Under the pieces are notes generated by a model, which was not told the origin of the DNA, ran no database searches, and worked only from the letters and a program-made list of their open reading frames with translations. Of a DNA stretch of 64,000 nt, positions 10,229 to 18,488 are shown piece by piece. The translations under genes and the position numbers were made by a program. Location of the stretch: the IMG/VR virus record IMGVR_UViG_3300031466_000001, positions 32,001-96,000 of that record, one strand, 5' to 3'. This stretch comes from a virus. Its lineage: Duplodnaviria > Caudoviricetes. How positions within the stretch are numbered: the first letter of the stretch is position 1; each line of letters opens with the position of its first letter.

Positions 10229-11431
10229 TTAAATTAAATTCCAGAATCTATTTCTCCAAGGATTAAGTCTCCAGCCCCAATTAGCGCGTGATCCATGGTT
10301 GAACTCTCGCCGCCAAAATAGACCGTCTGCCCGACTAAGACCAAGCTCGGCACACCATTCAGAATATACAAAGTATTCAAAAGGATGATTCCTAGCCCAC
10401 TTGTTAAGAATCTTATAATATTCTTCCCAATTCATGTCTTTCTTCCACTCTGGTTTATTACGAACAATCAGACGTTTGATTTTTTCAGTTAACCATTTAT
10501 TATAGTAATAGAAGTGAATACCAAAAATACAGAATTGAAAACCGTATCCATCTTCTCCGTGACTTTGGATTTTGAAAGAAAGAAGATGGGTATGTCCTGA
10601 AAGATCATGATTGAGAAAAGGAAAGATCGCAGTAAAAATACCAAATCTAGTATTCTTAGTATAACCGTTCACCAACATCCTATTTCTCCAGGATTTTTTC
10701 TCAGCACGTTCTTTTTTATATTTTTCTTTTTTATATAGTGGGTCGTAATCTTTTAAGATCAGTTCCAAATTTTTATAGACGTTTTCATATGAAGTGTCAA
10801 ACTTCCCATCATCTGATGGATCTAGTCTAAAACTAAATTCATATACAGCGTCGTTACCTTCTTTAGTAAACGGCCCAAGAAAATCTTTATCACGATTTTC
10901 TCTGATGGGAGAAGACGGTTTAACTTCGACGTAAAAAGAATGGTCCGGCTGTTTAAATACATATTTTTCAACAGCAGTAATATGATTCTTATCGAAGAAT
11001 CTTTTAAAAACTTCACATTTGAAAGTTATTATTTGTAAACCTACATTGGTCTTTACCGGAACTTCGTGAAAGAAATACGACGTTACGAAAATATCAGGTT
11101 GACTTTTAAAATTAACCATAACGTTATAGTTATTCTGAATATACGAAGAAATAATATTTCCTAAGTGGGTAAAAGTTTTACCTTTATTGAAATCCAATTC
11201 TTTTTTCTCTATAAGTCTAAAGACTGTACTCGATTTCCCATTAAATATATTTTGTTCTTCGTTATCAGAGTTAGTTGCTCTTACCCTGATGGCATATGTA
11301 CTAGGAGTACCTTGAAAGCTCTTTTTCTTAAAAACCTCGATAGGAAAACGCAGGTAAACTAATTTTTTGTCGATAGTTACCGAAGTATTGTGGACAAACT
11401 TAACAATTGGTTCTTTTGTAAACACAAACAT
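10229..11431 (-). CDS. Hypothetical protein
   Basis: 400-aa ORF with RBS GGAGG. Confidence 0.6.
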   Translation of the reverse strand: MFVFTKEPIVKFVHNTSVTIDKKLVYLRFPIEVFKKKSFQGTPSTYAIRVRATNSDNEEQNIFNGKSSTVFRLIEKKELDFNKGKTFTHLGNIISSYIQNNYNVMVNFKSQPDIFVTSYFFHEVPVKTNVGLQIITFKCEVFKRFFDKNHITAVEKYVFKQPDHSFYVEVKPSSPIRENRDKDFLGPFTKEGNDAVYEFSFRLDPSDDGKFDTSYENVYKNLELILKDYDPLYKKEKYKKERAEKKSWRNRMLVNGYTKNTRFGIFTAIFPFLNHDLSGHTHLLSFKIQSHGEDGYGFQFCIFGIHFYYYNKWLTEKIKRLIVRNKPEWKKDMNWEEYYKILNKWARNHPFEYFVYSEWCAELGLSRADGLFWRREFNHGSRANWGWRLNPWRNRFWNLI

Positions 11432-11472
11432 CGGTTTGACCTCCTATTTATATCTTTTTATATTGAGATTAA

Positions 11473-11967
11473 CTATCTATTTCCCCATATCTCAGGATAT
11501 ACTCTGCGTAGTATTCGAAGGGCGATTATCTGCTGACAATTACGTATTCCTGAAGTATAAACGCTGGTATCTATCATAGTGATTCCGTTCAATTTTTGAA
11601 ATAATTTCCAGGAATCTGAGAGATGATTTAAAATTTGCCTCTCATCATCTTCTAGATTTTCCTTTAAAAAAGAAAAAAGTTCAGAATCAATATCAAATAT
11701 CCTACCCTCTAACAAATATCGAATCGCATTCCATTGTTTTTCATCAGGTAGGGAAGAACATTCATCATCATTTACTTCAGCTGCTTCTATGTCATTAGCT
11801 CTACCGGCATAAATACCACCACAAATTAAATTAATTTCGGGACTATTTCTGGCATTTGTGAGAACTACATTGTCTGTTATGATAGCAGTCCACTTAAAGT
11901 CATCGTGAATGAATTTTGCATCAGGATAGAACTTCAAAACTTTAGCCTTAAATTTGGCTAGTTCCAT
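11473..11967 (-). CDS. Hypothetical protein
   Basis: 164-aa ORF in operon. Confidence 0.55.
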   Translation of the reverse strand: MELAKFKAKVLKFYPDAKFIHDDFKWTAIITDNVVLTNARNSPEINLICGGIYAGRANDIEAAEVNDDECSSLPDEKQWNAIRYLLEGRIFDIDSELFSFLKENLEDDERQILNHLSDSWKLFQKLNGITMIDTSVYTSGIRNCQQIIALRILRRVYPEIWGNR

Positions 11968-11972
11968 CCATT

Positions 11973-12350
11973 TCAGCTCCCGACTTTAATTTCGATTTTT
12001 AAGATTTTATTGTCAACATCTTCCCCAAATGCATTGACTGCATCAGCAAGAACAGTAAATCGAGATTTTTTACGTCTAAGGGCTTCTTCAAGAGCTTCGA
12101 TACTACCATAGTCTTGATCAAGCAAAATATCTGTCAATCTATCCGCTTCTTCGTCTGTCAAGCTGATTCCAGACGGCCAGATTTCCGGTTTGGACATATT
12201 TCTCTTTCTAATATCAAGTGTTGCAGGTCGACCATTCCAGGAGATTCTGTCGACCGCTTTAACCCAATCGTTTTTATCATTTTCAGACAATACTGCAATA
12301 TGCTCTTCAATGTTAAATGTAACTTCGTCTTTTTTAATTCTTTTGCTCAT
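11973..12350 (-). CDS. PC4/YdbC-family ssDNA-binding protein
   Basis: 'FNIEEHIAVLSE...ISWNGRPATLDIR...GISLTDEEA' is the YdbC/PC4 signature. Confidence 0.8.
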   Translation of the reverse strand: MSKRIKKDEVTFNIEEHIAVLSENDKNDWVKAVDRISWNGRPATLDIRKRNMSKPEIWPSGISLTDEEADRLTDILLDQDYGSIEALEEALRRKKSRFTVLADAVNAFGEDVDNKILKIEIKVGS

Positions 12351-12940
12351 TTGGTAATCTCCCTCCATATGTTAATTATTTCTCCTAATGAATTGTACCT
12401 CCAAAAACTATTTTTGATGACATCTGTTTCCATATTTTTAGAAAATAGTGTAAAAGTATATTGAATGGAGCCTTCAAAGAAAGGTTCAGATCTTATGATA
12501 GGACGAAAAACTTTTATATCAAAGTTTGGAAAGAAAGCATCCCCTTCACATTCAGTATATACCTCAGTCAAATAAATTCTATCTGTATATGGAAGAAACA
12601 AATTGTATATTTCTCCACCACCAATGACAAAAACTTCATTGATTTTATCGGGGTAAACACTGTTTTTATAATTCTTTGCTTCTTCAATAGCTTCTTCGAT
12701 CGAGCAAACTTTGTATGATCCGTCAAGTATAGAGGCATTGGGATTTTTTGTGAGAACTATATTTTTTCTATTAGGAAGAACTCGTCCCAAAGATTCATGT
12801 GTTTTTCTTCCCATTATTATAGGACAATGGGTAGTAAGAAGCCCAAAGTATTTCAAATCTCTACCCAGTTTCCATGGAATAATCCCATTAGAGCCTATTA
12901 CCATATTTCTACTAACTGCAGCAATCATGGAAATAATCAT
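12347..12940 (-). CDS. folA: Dihydrofolate reductase
   Basis: ISMIAAVSRNMVIG, IPWKLGRDLKYF, IIMGRKT, LPNRKN, VIGGGEIY, GDAFFP. Confidence 0.95.
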   Translation of the reverse strand: MIISMIAAVSRNMVIGSNGIIPWKLGRDLKYFGLLTTHCPIIMGRKTHESLGRVLPNRKNIVLTKNPNASILDGSYKVCSIEEAIEEAKNYKNSVYPDKINEVFVIGGGEIYNLFLPYTDRIYLTEVYTECEGDAFFPNFDIKVFRPIIRSEPFFEGSIQYTFTLFSKNMETDVIKNSFWRYNSLGEIINIWREITK

Positions 12941-12975
12941 TAAATCCCTCCTCATATTCTCTAGTATAAAAAAAA

Positions 12976-13018
12976 TAAGAAAGATATGTGGAAGTTTTAA
13001 TCCCACATATCTTTCTTA
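12976..13018 (-). terminator. Rho-independent terminator
   Basis: TAAGAAAGATATGTGG/CCACATATCTTTCTTA inverted repeat. Confidence 0.8.
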
Positions 13019-13031
13019 CCATGAAGTGTGA

Positions 13032-13640
13032 TCAATATCTTTCTTCCCGAATCATTTGGGTGAGGCGATCATATTTGTCAGTGATAACGGTCGCTTTCTC
13101 GGACAGAGATTGAATCTTTGCGACCATGAACACGCAGTTGTTCTTGCCCACCCGTTTGACATCAAGTACACGGACCATGTGGATTCCGCGTTTCACGGCA
13201 AACATCAGGGCGAGAACCTTGATCAGGTCAAGGTGTGCATACGCAATGTTATCTTTCACGCTCGCATCCAGGTTCAGGCCCTTGGTGATCGGCAACAGTG
13301 CGTCAACCAGCTTTTGAGAAGGCTGGAGCGAAGACGGAGCCATCAGCTTCCGCAGGTGCTGAGGAATCCGATTGATATCGCTGACGATATCCTCAGAGTT
13401 CAGATCCATGAACAAGATGAAGTTCAGATCCGGAGCAACGCCTTTCTCAATATGGCCCTCATTATGCACAAAGAGGCGAGCCGTTTCAACGCCACGAATG
13501 CCCTTGACGTCACGCAGGTACGATTCCACGAATTCTTCGATTTGTTTGTTGGTTACATTGTAGATAGCTCCGATCGGGTCGATATCCACAACCCTCTCCA
13601 TAACATCTACTGCAGCGACAGCACTTTCTTGATTTGCCAT
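13032..13640 (-). CDS. Hypothetical early protein with GC-richer codon usage
   Basis: RBS AGGAGG, own early promoter (13711-13719) and terminator. Confidence 0.7.
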   Translation of the reverse strand: MANQESAVAAVDVMERVVDIDPIGAIYNVTNKQIEEFVESYLRDVKGIRGVETARLFVHNEGHIEKGVAPDLNFILFMDLNSEDIVSDINRIPQHLRKLMAPSSLQPSQKLVDALLPITKGLNLDASVKDNIAYAHLDLIKVLALMFAVKRGIHMVRVLDVKRVGKNNCVFMVAKIQSLSEKATVITDKYDRLTQMIREERY

Positions 13641-13710
13641 CTTTTTTAACCTCCTAGTTTTGATTTATATTCTTGTTTCCAAGAATATATTTTTATATTG
13701 ATACTCTCAA

Positions 13711-13719
13711 ATAATATAT
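13711..13719 (-). promoter_or_regulatory. Early promoter motif ATATATTAT
   Basis: Exact motif upstream of 13640. Confidence 0.65.
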
Positions 13720-13721
13720 AT

Positions 13722-14795
13722 TTATAAAAAGTTTTTCTTTTTGAGCTTATCTAGATCTTTCTTAATTATTGATGAAACTTTATTTTTCCAATTTTGATCC
13801 GATGCATATTTCTTATTTATCTGAGATATGGTTGTACGACCTTTTTCGATATAACGTTCATTTATGATCTCACCAAATTCTAGAACACATTCTTCCATAC
13901 TTTCATAAGATGAAGCATTTTTATATGGATCAGAACCATAAGCATTTAGACCAAATAGATTATTTTTATTCTTAGCCAGTTTGCTGTTTCCATTTGCACT
14001 TTCAAGTTTAGCAACCGCAACGGTAAACAGAGCATTTACGTTTTCGTTCTTCTCAGCTTCAATAATAGCTTCTTCAATACCAGCAAGATTTGTTCCTTCG
14101 AGAATAAACTCAATTTGTTCTACGGTCAGATTAGAAATAGTATTAACACCATGTTCGATCGGGTTAATAATTTCGTCGTAGATTACATTTGTGTTAATTG
14201 CGTGAGTAGGCTCATAAGAAAGAATTTTGACTTCCGGTTTCTTTGTATTCGTTTCGATAACCGATTCATCTTGAGCTTGAGCTTCTTCTTCCTCTACAAG
14301 TTCTACGTAATTAGAGTGGACAAAGCCGCCCCTTACCAATTCAAGCCACGTTCCGTTAGATTCAGGTTTAATTTCAATAACGGTATCCTTTTCCAACACA
14401 TCAAGAATCTTGGTTTGGCTACTAGGACCTTCCCGAAGATTGAGATAATACGCCGTTACCATATATTTTTTAGCGGAAATAATTTCCACCGGATTTTCCT
14501 CTATAATAACGGATTCCTGTTCTTCCAATTGAGAAACATCAACATCGGTGTTATCCTGCATCACATCTTCTGCAGGAACATCTTCTTGAATGAAAAGATC
14601 AACAGGTTGTTGTTGAAGAGAAATATCTTCAACTTTTTCTTCTTCAATAATATTAGGTTGTACAGCAGCCGTGCTACCTTGTGCATAACCAGAATTGACA
14701 TTATTATCGTAAAGGAGAACCATCGTGGTAAGAAGCAGGAGTAGAGAGGTAACATATGCGAAATAATTTATATTATTTCGTTTCATGTCAAACAC
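13722..14795 (-). CDS. Cell-wall hydrolase: signal/TM + SH3b + GH73 glucosaminidase
   Basis: N-terminal hydrophobic segment; LNLREGPS...GFVHSNYV (SH3b); AKLESANG, KNNLFGL, KYASDQNW (GH73). Confidence 0.85.
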   Translation of the reverse strand: MFDMKRNNINYFAYVTSLLLLLTTMVLLYDNNVNSGYAQGSTAAVQPNIIEEEKVEDISLQQQPVDLFIQEDVPAEDVMQDNTDVDVSQLEEQESVIIEENPVEIISAKKYMVTAYYLNLREGPSSQTKILDVLEKDTVIEIKPESNGTWLELVRGGFVHSNYVELVEEEEAQAQDESVIETNTKKPEVKILSYEPTHAINTNVIYDEIINPIEHGVNTISNLTVEQIEFILEGTNLAGIEEAIIEAEKNENVNALFTVAVAKLESANGNSKLAKNKNNLFGLNAYGSDPYKNASSYESMEECVLEFGEIINERYIEKGRTTISQINKKYASDQNWKNKVSSIIKKDLDKLKKKNFL

Positions 14796-14890
14796 CCCTT
14801 AAAAGTTTTTACTTTATCTGTTCGGTCCTCGTAAAAAATAATTTTCCCGTATGTAGGGGACACTTTCCTACATACGGGATTTTGCATGTT

Positions 14891-15451
14891 TTATACTGTG
14901 GGTCCGTGAATCACATTTTTAATTTTTTGAAGGGTTCTAATTGTTTTATCAAGTTCTTCTCCCAACTGCTCTCTGAAATCAAAATCTACTGTAAATGAAT
15001 AGATGTTATTAGACGACAATGGGAAGCAGTTATTCACATTTCTATCATCCGGAGAATCATGCACCTCACGGGTTTCGAATCCATCAGACAGAGTGATATT
15101 GAGCACACCGTCCTCAGAATTAATAGTGAAATAAATGTTAGGGAGATTGACTTCTGATCTAACATTTACCTTTTGGAAAGAAATTTTCTCACTAAAAGAA
15201 TCGGATATAAATTTTACTTCTTGAACGATATCATCTTCATTAAAAATTTCTGCTTTATATTGAGGCCTTCTGGTAAGGTCATCATAATACTTATTACCGT
15301 CATAAACAGCAAGTGCAAGAACCCTTTTGTGTGTAACACCTTTTTGCATAAATACAATATTGGGAAATCTTTCACTTTTAAACAGAGCAAAATTGTCAAG
15401 TTCGGAGAGTTTTACAGGCTCGCCAACTCTTTCAATTTTGATTACGGGCAT
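14891..15451 (-). CDS. Hypothetical protein
   Basis: RBS AGGAGG before MPVIKIE at 15451. Confidence 0.55.
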   Translation of the reverse strand: MPVIKIERVGEPVKLSELDNFALFKSERFPNIVFMQKGVTHKRVLALAVYDGNKYYDDLTRRPQYKAEIFNEDDIVQEVKFISDSFSEKISFQKVNVRSEVNLPNIYFTINSEDGVLNITLSDGFETREVHDSPDDRNVNNCFPLSSNNIYSFTVDFDFREQLGEELDKTIRTLQKIKNVIHGPTV

Positions 15452-15482
15452 TTTTTTAATAACCTCCTGAAGCGATTTGTGA

Positions 15483-17444
15483 TTATGAATAAAGTATGGT
15501 TCGCAGTAATTTTTTAAGACCCACAATTTCCTCTTTTTTGACACTGACTACAAATTTACCATAGTCACTTTCTTCATAGTATTTCATAAAATCGAAATTA
15601 GGTTCAGCTTTCTGAATTTCTTTCATATAGGTTTTGAAATCATTGATTGCAAACATCCTTGCTTTCTTGGCATTTTCAATATATTCTTTGGAAAATTTAC
15701 TTGTATCACCATGAATTACTTCACGCTCAATTTGATTAATAAGAGCGAAAAGGAATGCAAGATTGTTTTTCATACCTTCGTAATTCTTTCCTTTACTATT
15801 CATGACGAGAATTTTATGATTTTCAGCATATTCATCCATATAAGTCTTACGAGGTTTGAATTTAAATTTCATATTTCCATCTTCGTCAATAAAGAATCCT
15901 TCGGTAACAGGATTCATTAAGAATTCCTGTAATTCTTTATTGATCGGAGAAATTTTTATTGCTTTCAATGAGTGTGATTTATCAAAATCAATCTCTCTGC
16001 AAATTAGGTTGATATCATTACTCAGCTTTTCTCCGTTCTTATAAAGAACCAACAGGTAATAATCTTTATCGTTTCTTTCATCCTTTGTCAAAAGATATAA
16101 TCTATCTTTACAAATACCAAAATAGATTGGTTCGTTATTGTAATCGTGGGCCACAAATAAACGTTGGTACTTATTGGTTTTATTCATAAACAAAAGATCG
16201 GAACCGTCAAGTTTAGTTGTAAGATGTTTATTATACATCTTAATATTTTCATCACTAATTGCACTATCGAGATAAGTGATAGTGTTAATAATTTCGGCAT
16301 CCGCAAAGTTTACCAAGTCATCAAGCGAGAAGAAAGACATTTGTAATTCACTATCAGAACCATCAATGTTTGCGGCCATTTTAATAATATCTATTTCATT
16401 ATCAAGTTCTTTTTTGAGCGTCTTGAGATTTGTTTTAAGAAGAGAAAGTTTAAAATCTCTTTCATTTATGGAATTAATATATGAATTAGCAATATTGGGA
16501 TCAATAACTATCACAGAATCTTCCAATTTGTCTTTAATCCCAAGTAATACATCATTGATATCACTGGTGACTTTACTAAGGAAAGAAGCAACCGTATACA
16601 TTTCGGGTTTTGTAGAATCATGTACTTCATTATCAATAAGATTGATTGCTGAAGTAAAATACAGTTCGATCAATTTCCTACGTACGTGGTAGTAGTTACA
16701 GGGATAGTTATTAATGATTTCTTTAAACTTAGTAAATTGCTGATCAAATTTTTCTTTGTTATTAATAAGAATGCTATCACCTAAGCTAAAACTAATGTCT
16801 TCGATAATATCATAGATAAGCCTACTATTTTTCGTATCGAAATCGGAATTATACTCAATAAATTTAAAGATCATTTTATACGAATCTTTCATTGCATTAT
16901 TGATAAGTTTAAATGGATTGATACAGTGTACTTTTCTTTTAACTTGCTCAAGGCTTTTATTGTAAAAGATTCCGTCAAGGTCAAATATTTTTTGCATATC
17001 AATTTCGATTTTCTTAATTGCATCAATTGAAGATTTATCAAAAAGTTGGTCGAACATACCCGACAAAGAAAGACCAAATTCTTGATTTATTTTGTCCAGA
17101 ATCTCCTGAATTTCTTCAGTGCCAGATTCGATTAAACGATTAACCAACTCTTCCGGAACACCATAAGATTCAATCAGAATGGATTTGTCTGCGTATTTAT
17201 AAAAGGGACTATCTTTACTAATTCTGAGTTTCATACCAAGTTTAACGGCTCTTTTATTAATATTATTAGCAAGCTCGTTACGCTTTCTAGGCGGTGCGTA
17301 ACGAAAGAATTGAATGGCTTTCCTTACATGCTCTTCATCTGTAAGAGGGTACTTTCTTTCCCTAGGAAGACCGAACAATTCATCCGGAAGATTTTTTCTT
17401 TCTTCCGTAGACAATTTACTCTCGATAGTAATAAATGTTTTCAT
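15483..17444 (-). CDS. Probable virion head protein (DUF6582-like N-terminal domain)
   Basis: 'LSTEERKNLPDELFGLPRERKYPLTDEEHVRKAIQFF' motif; MKTFITIE/S N-terminus; late promoter upstream. Confidence 0.6.
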   Translation of the reverse strand: MKTFITIESKLSTEERKNLPDELFGLPRERKYPLTDEEHVRKAIQFFRYAPPRKRNELANNINKRAVKLGMKLRISKDSPFYKYADKSILIESYGVPEELVNRLIESGTEEIQEILDKINQEFGLSLSGMFDQLFDKSSIDAIKKIEIDMQKIFDLDGIFYNKSLEQVKRKVHCINPFKLINNAMKDSYKMIFKFIEYNSDFDTKNSRLIYDIIEDISFSLGDSILINNKEKFDQQFTKFKEIINNYPCNYYHVRRKLIELYFTSAINLIDNEVHDSTKPEMYTVASFLSKVTSDINDVLLGIKDKLEDSVIVIDPNIANSYINSINERDFKLSLLKTNLKTLKKELDNEIDIIKMAANIDGSDSELQMSFFSLDDLVNFADAEIINTITYLDSAISDENIKMYNKHLTTKLDGSDLLFMNKTNKYQRLFVAHDYNNEPIYFGICKDRLYLLTKDERNDKDYYLLVLYKNGEKLSNDINLICREIDFDKSHSLKAIKISPINKELQEFLMNPVTEGFFIDEDGNMKFKFKPRKTYMDEYAENHKILVMNSKGKNYEGMKNNLAFLFALINQIEREVIHGDTSKFSKEYIENAKKARMFAINDFKTYMKEIQKAEPNFDFMKYYEESDYGKFVVSVKKEEIVGLKKLLRTILYS

Positions 17445-17472
17445 TTAGAGTCACTCCTCGTTTTTACTTACT

Positions 17473-17484
17473 TATTTATTTGTT
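17473..17484 (-). promoter_or_regulatory. Late promoter AACA-N6-TA
   Basis: AACA aataaa TA on the minus strand. Confidence 0.7.
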
Positions 17485-17594
17485 TCATAGAAAATATTTG
17501 CCTCTACATTCATTCACTCGTAAATTAAATCCTTGATTTTATTTATTATATCATTGATATACAATAAAAAACTATTTTAAAGGGGATGAAATAA

Positions 17595-17909
17595 ATGAAA
17601 ATCTTTAAAATTCTTTATTTGATTCTGGCCGTTGCGGTAATTTCGTCATTCAGTACCGCGGCCGTCGCTGAAGCAGCATCAATAAAAGTCGTATCTGTCA
17701 AAGTCATAAAGAAAAAAAACGACTGGCGTGCTAAACTTACCAAGGAGCAAATTAGAGAAAAGGAAAACTATGCAAAGACAGTAAAAATTTATGTTAAAAA
17801 AGAAATTGATAACGTTGAATATTTGATTACTTATGGTGCTGGTTTCCGATTGGCTAATGGTTATATTGTTACAAATGAACACGTTGTTTCCAATGGGGGG
17901 TACTTATAG
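17595..17909 (+). pseudogene. Truncated secreted trypsin-like (HtrA-type) protease
   Basis: Signal peptide, then GAGFRLANGYIVTNEHVV (catalytic His motif); stops immediately after, with no Asp/Ser motifs. Confidence 0.65.
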
Positions 17910-17941
17910 GGTGGGGGAGCTTTCCTACGAGATATCTCTCT

Positions 17942-18439
17942 ATGTTCCCTATGGCTGGCTATACGTCTATCAATAACTACGAGCAACCAGCGATTTTTGT
18001 ACCGGCTGTCTTTGATCAATTTTCTGAAAAAATGCAACGGTTTTTCCTTTATCATGAATTGGGTCATATCGTTAACAATCATGTTCCAGTACCGACTCAA
18101 GAAATGATGGAGAAAATCCATAACGTAAGCCATCAGGAGATTCTTCAAACGCTCGAACAACATCTATTAAGCGAAGAAGTCGACCCGAACGAGCTTATCG
18201 CTGACGAATATGCCGCAGAACATTGTGGCGTCGGTGATGTTATCGACTCCCTGAAAGATGCTATAGGCATTTTGGAAGAGATCAATCAGGGAATAGTACA
18301 AGGAGAATTTCTGGGTTTCGATGAGCAAACAAAGAAATATTTAATTGAAACTCACAATAAATCCATTGAGGAATTGAAAAAACGCATAGACCACCTTCGT
18401 AAAAAATATTTCTACTTCGATGATTTTGAACACGTATAA
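17942..18439 (+). CDS. Zincin metallopeptidase-like protein (possibly 5'-truncated)
   Basis: FFLYHELGH and ELIADEYA motifs; no clear RBS. Confidence 0.65.
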   Translation: MFPMAGYTSINNYEQPAIFVPAVFDQFSEKMQRFFLYHELGHIVNNHVPVPTQEMMEKIHNVSHQEILQTLEQHLLSEEVDPNELIADEYAAEHCGVGDVIDSLKDAIGILEEINQGIVQGEFLGFDEQTKKYLIETHNKSIEELKKRIDHLRKKYFYFDDFEHV

Positions 18440-18488
18440 AAAATAAAGGTGTCGAGGTAAGGTACAAACCTCGACACCTTTATTTTTT
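18440..18488. terminator. Bidirectional terminator
   Basis: AAATAAAGGTGTCGAGGT/ACCTCGACACCTTTATTT inverted repeat. Confidence 0.85.
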
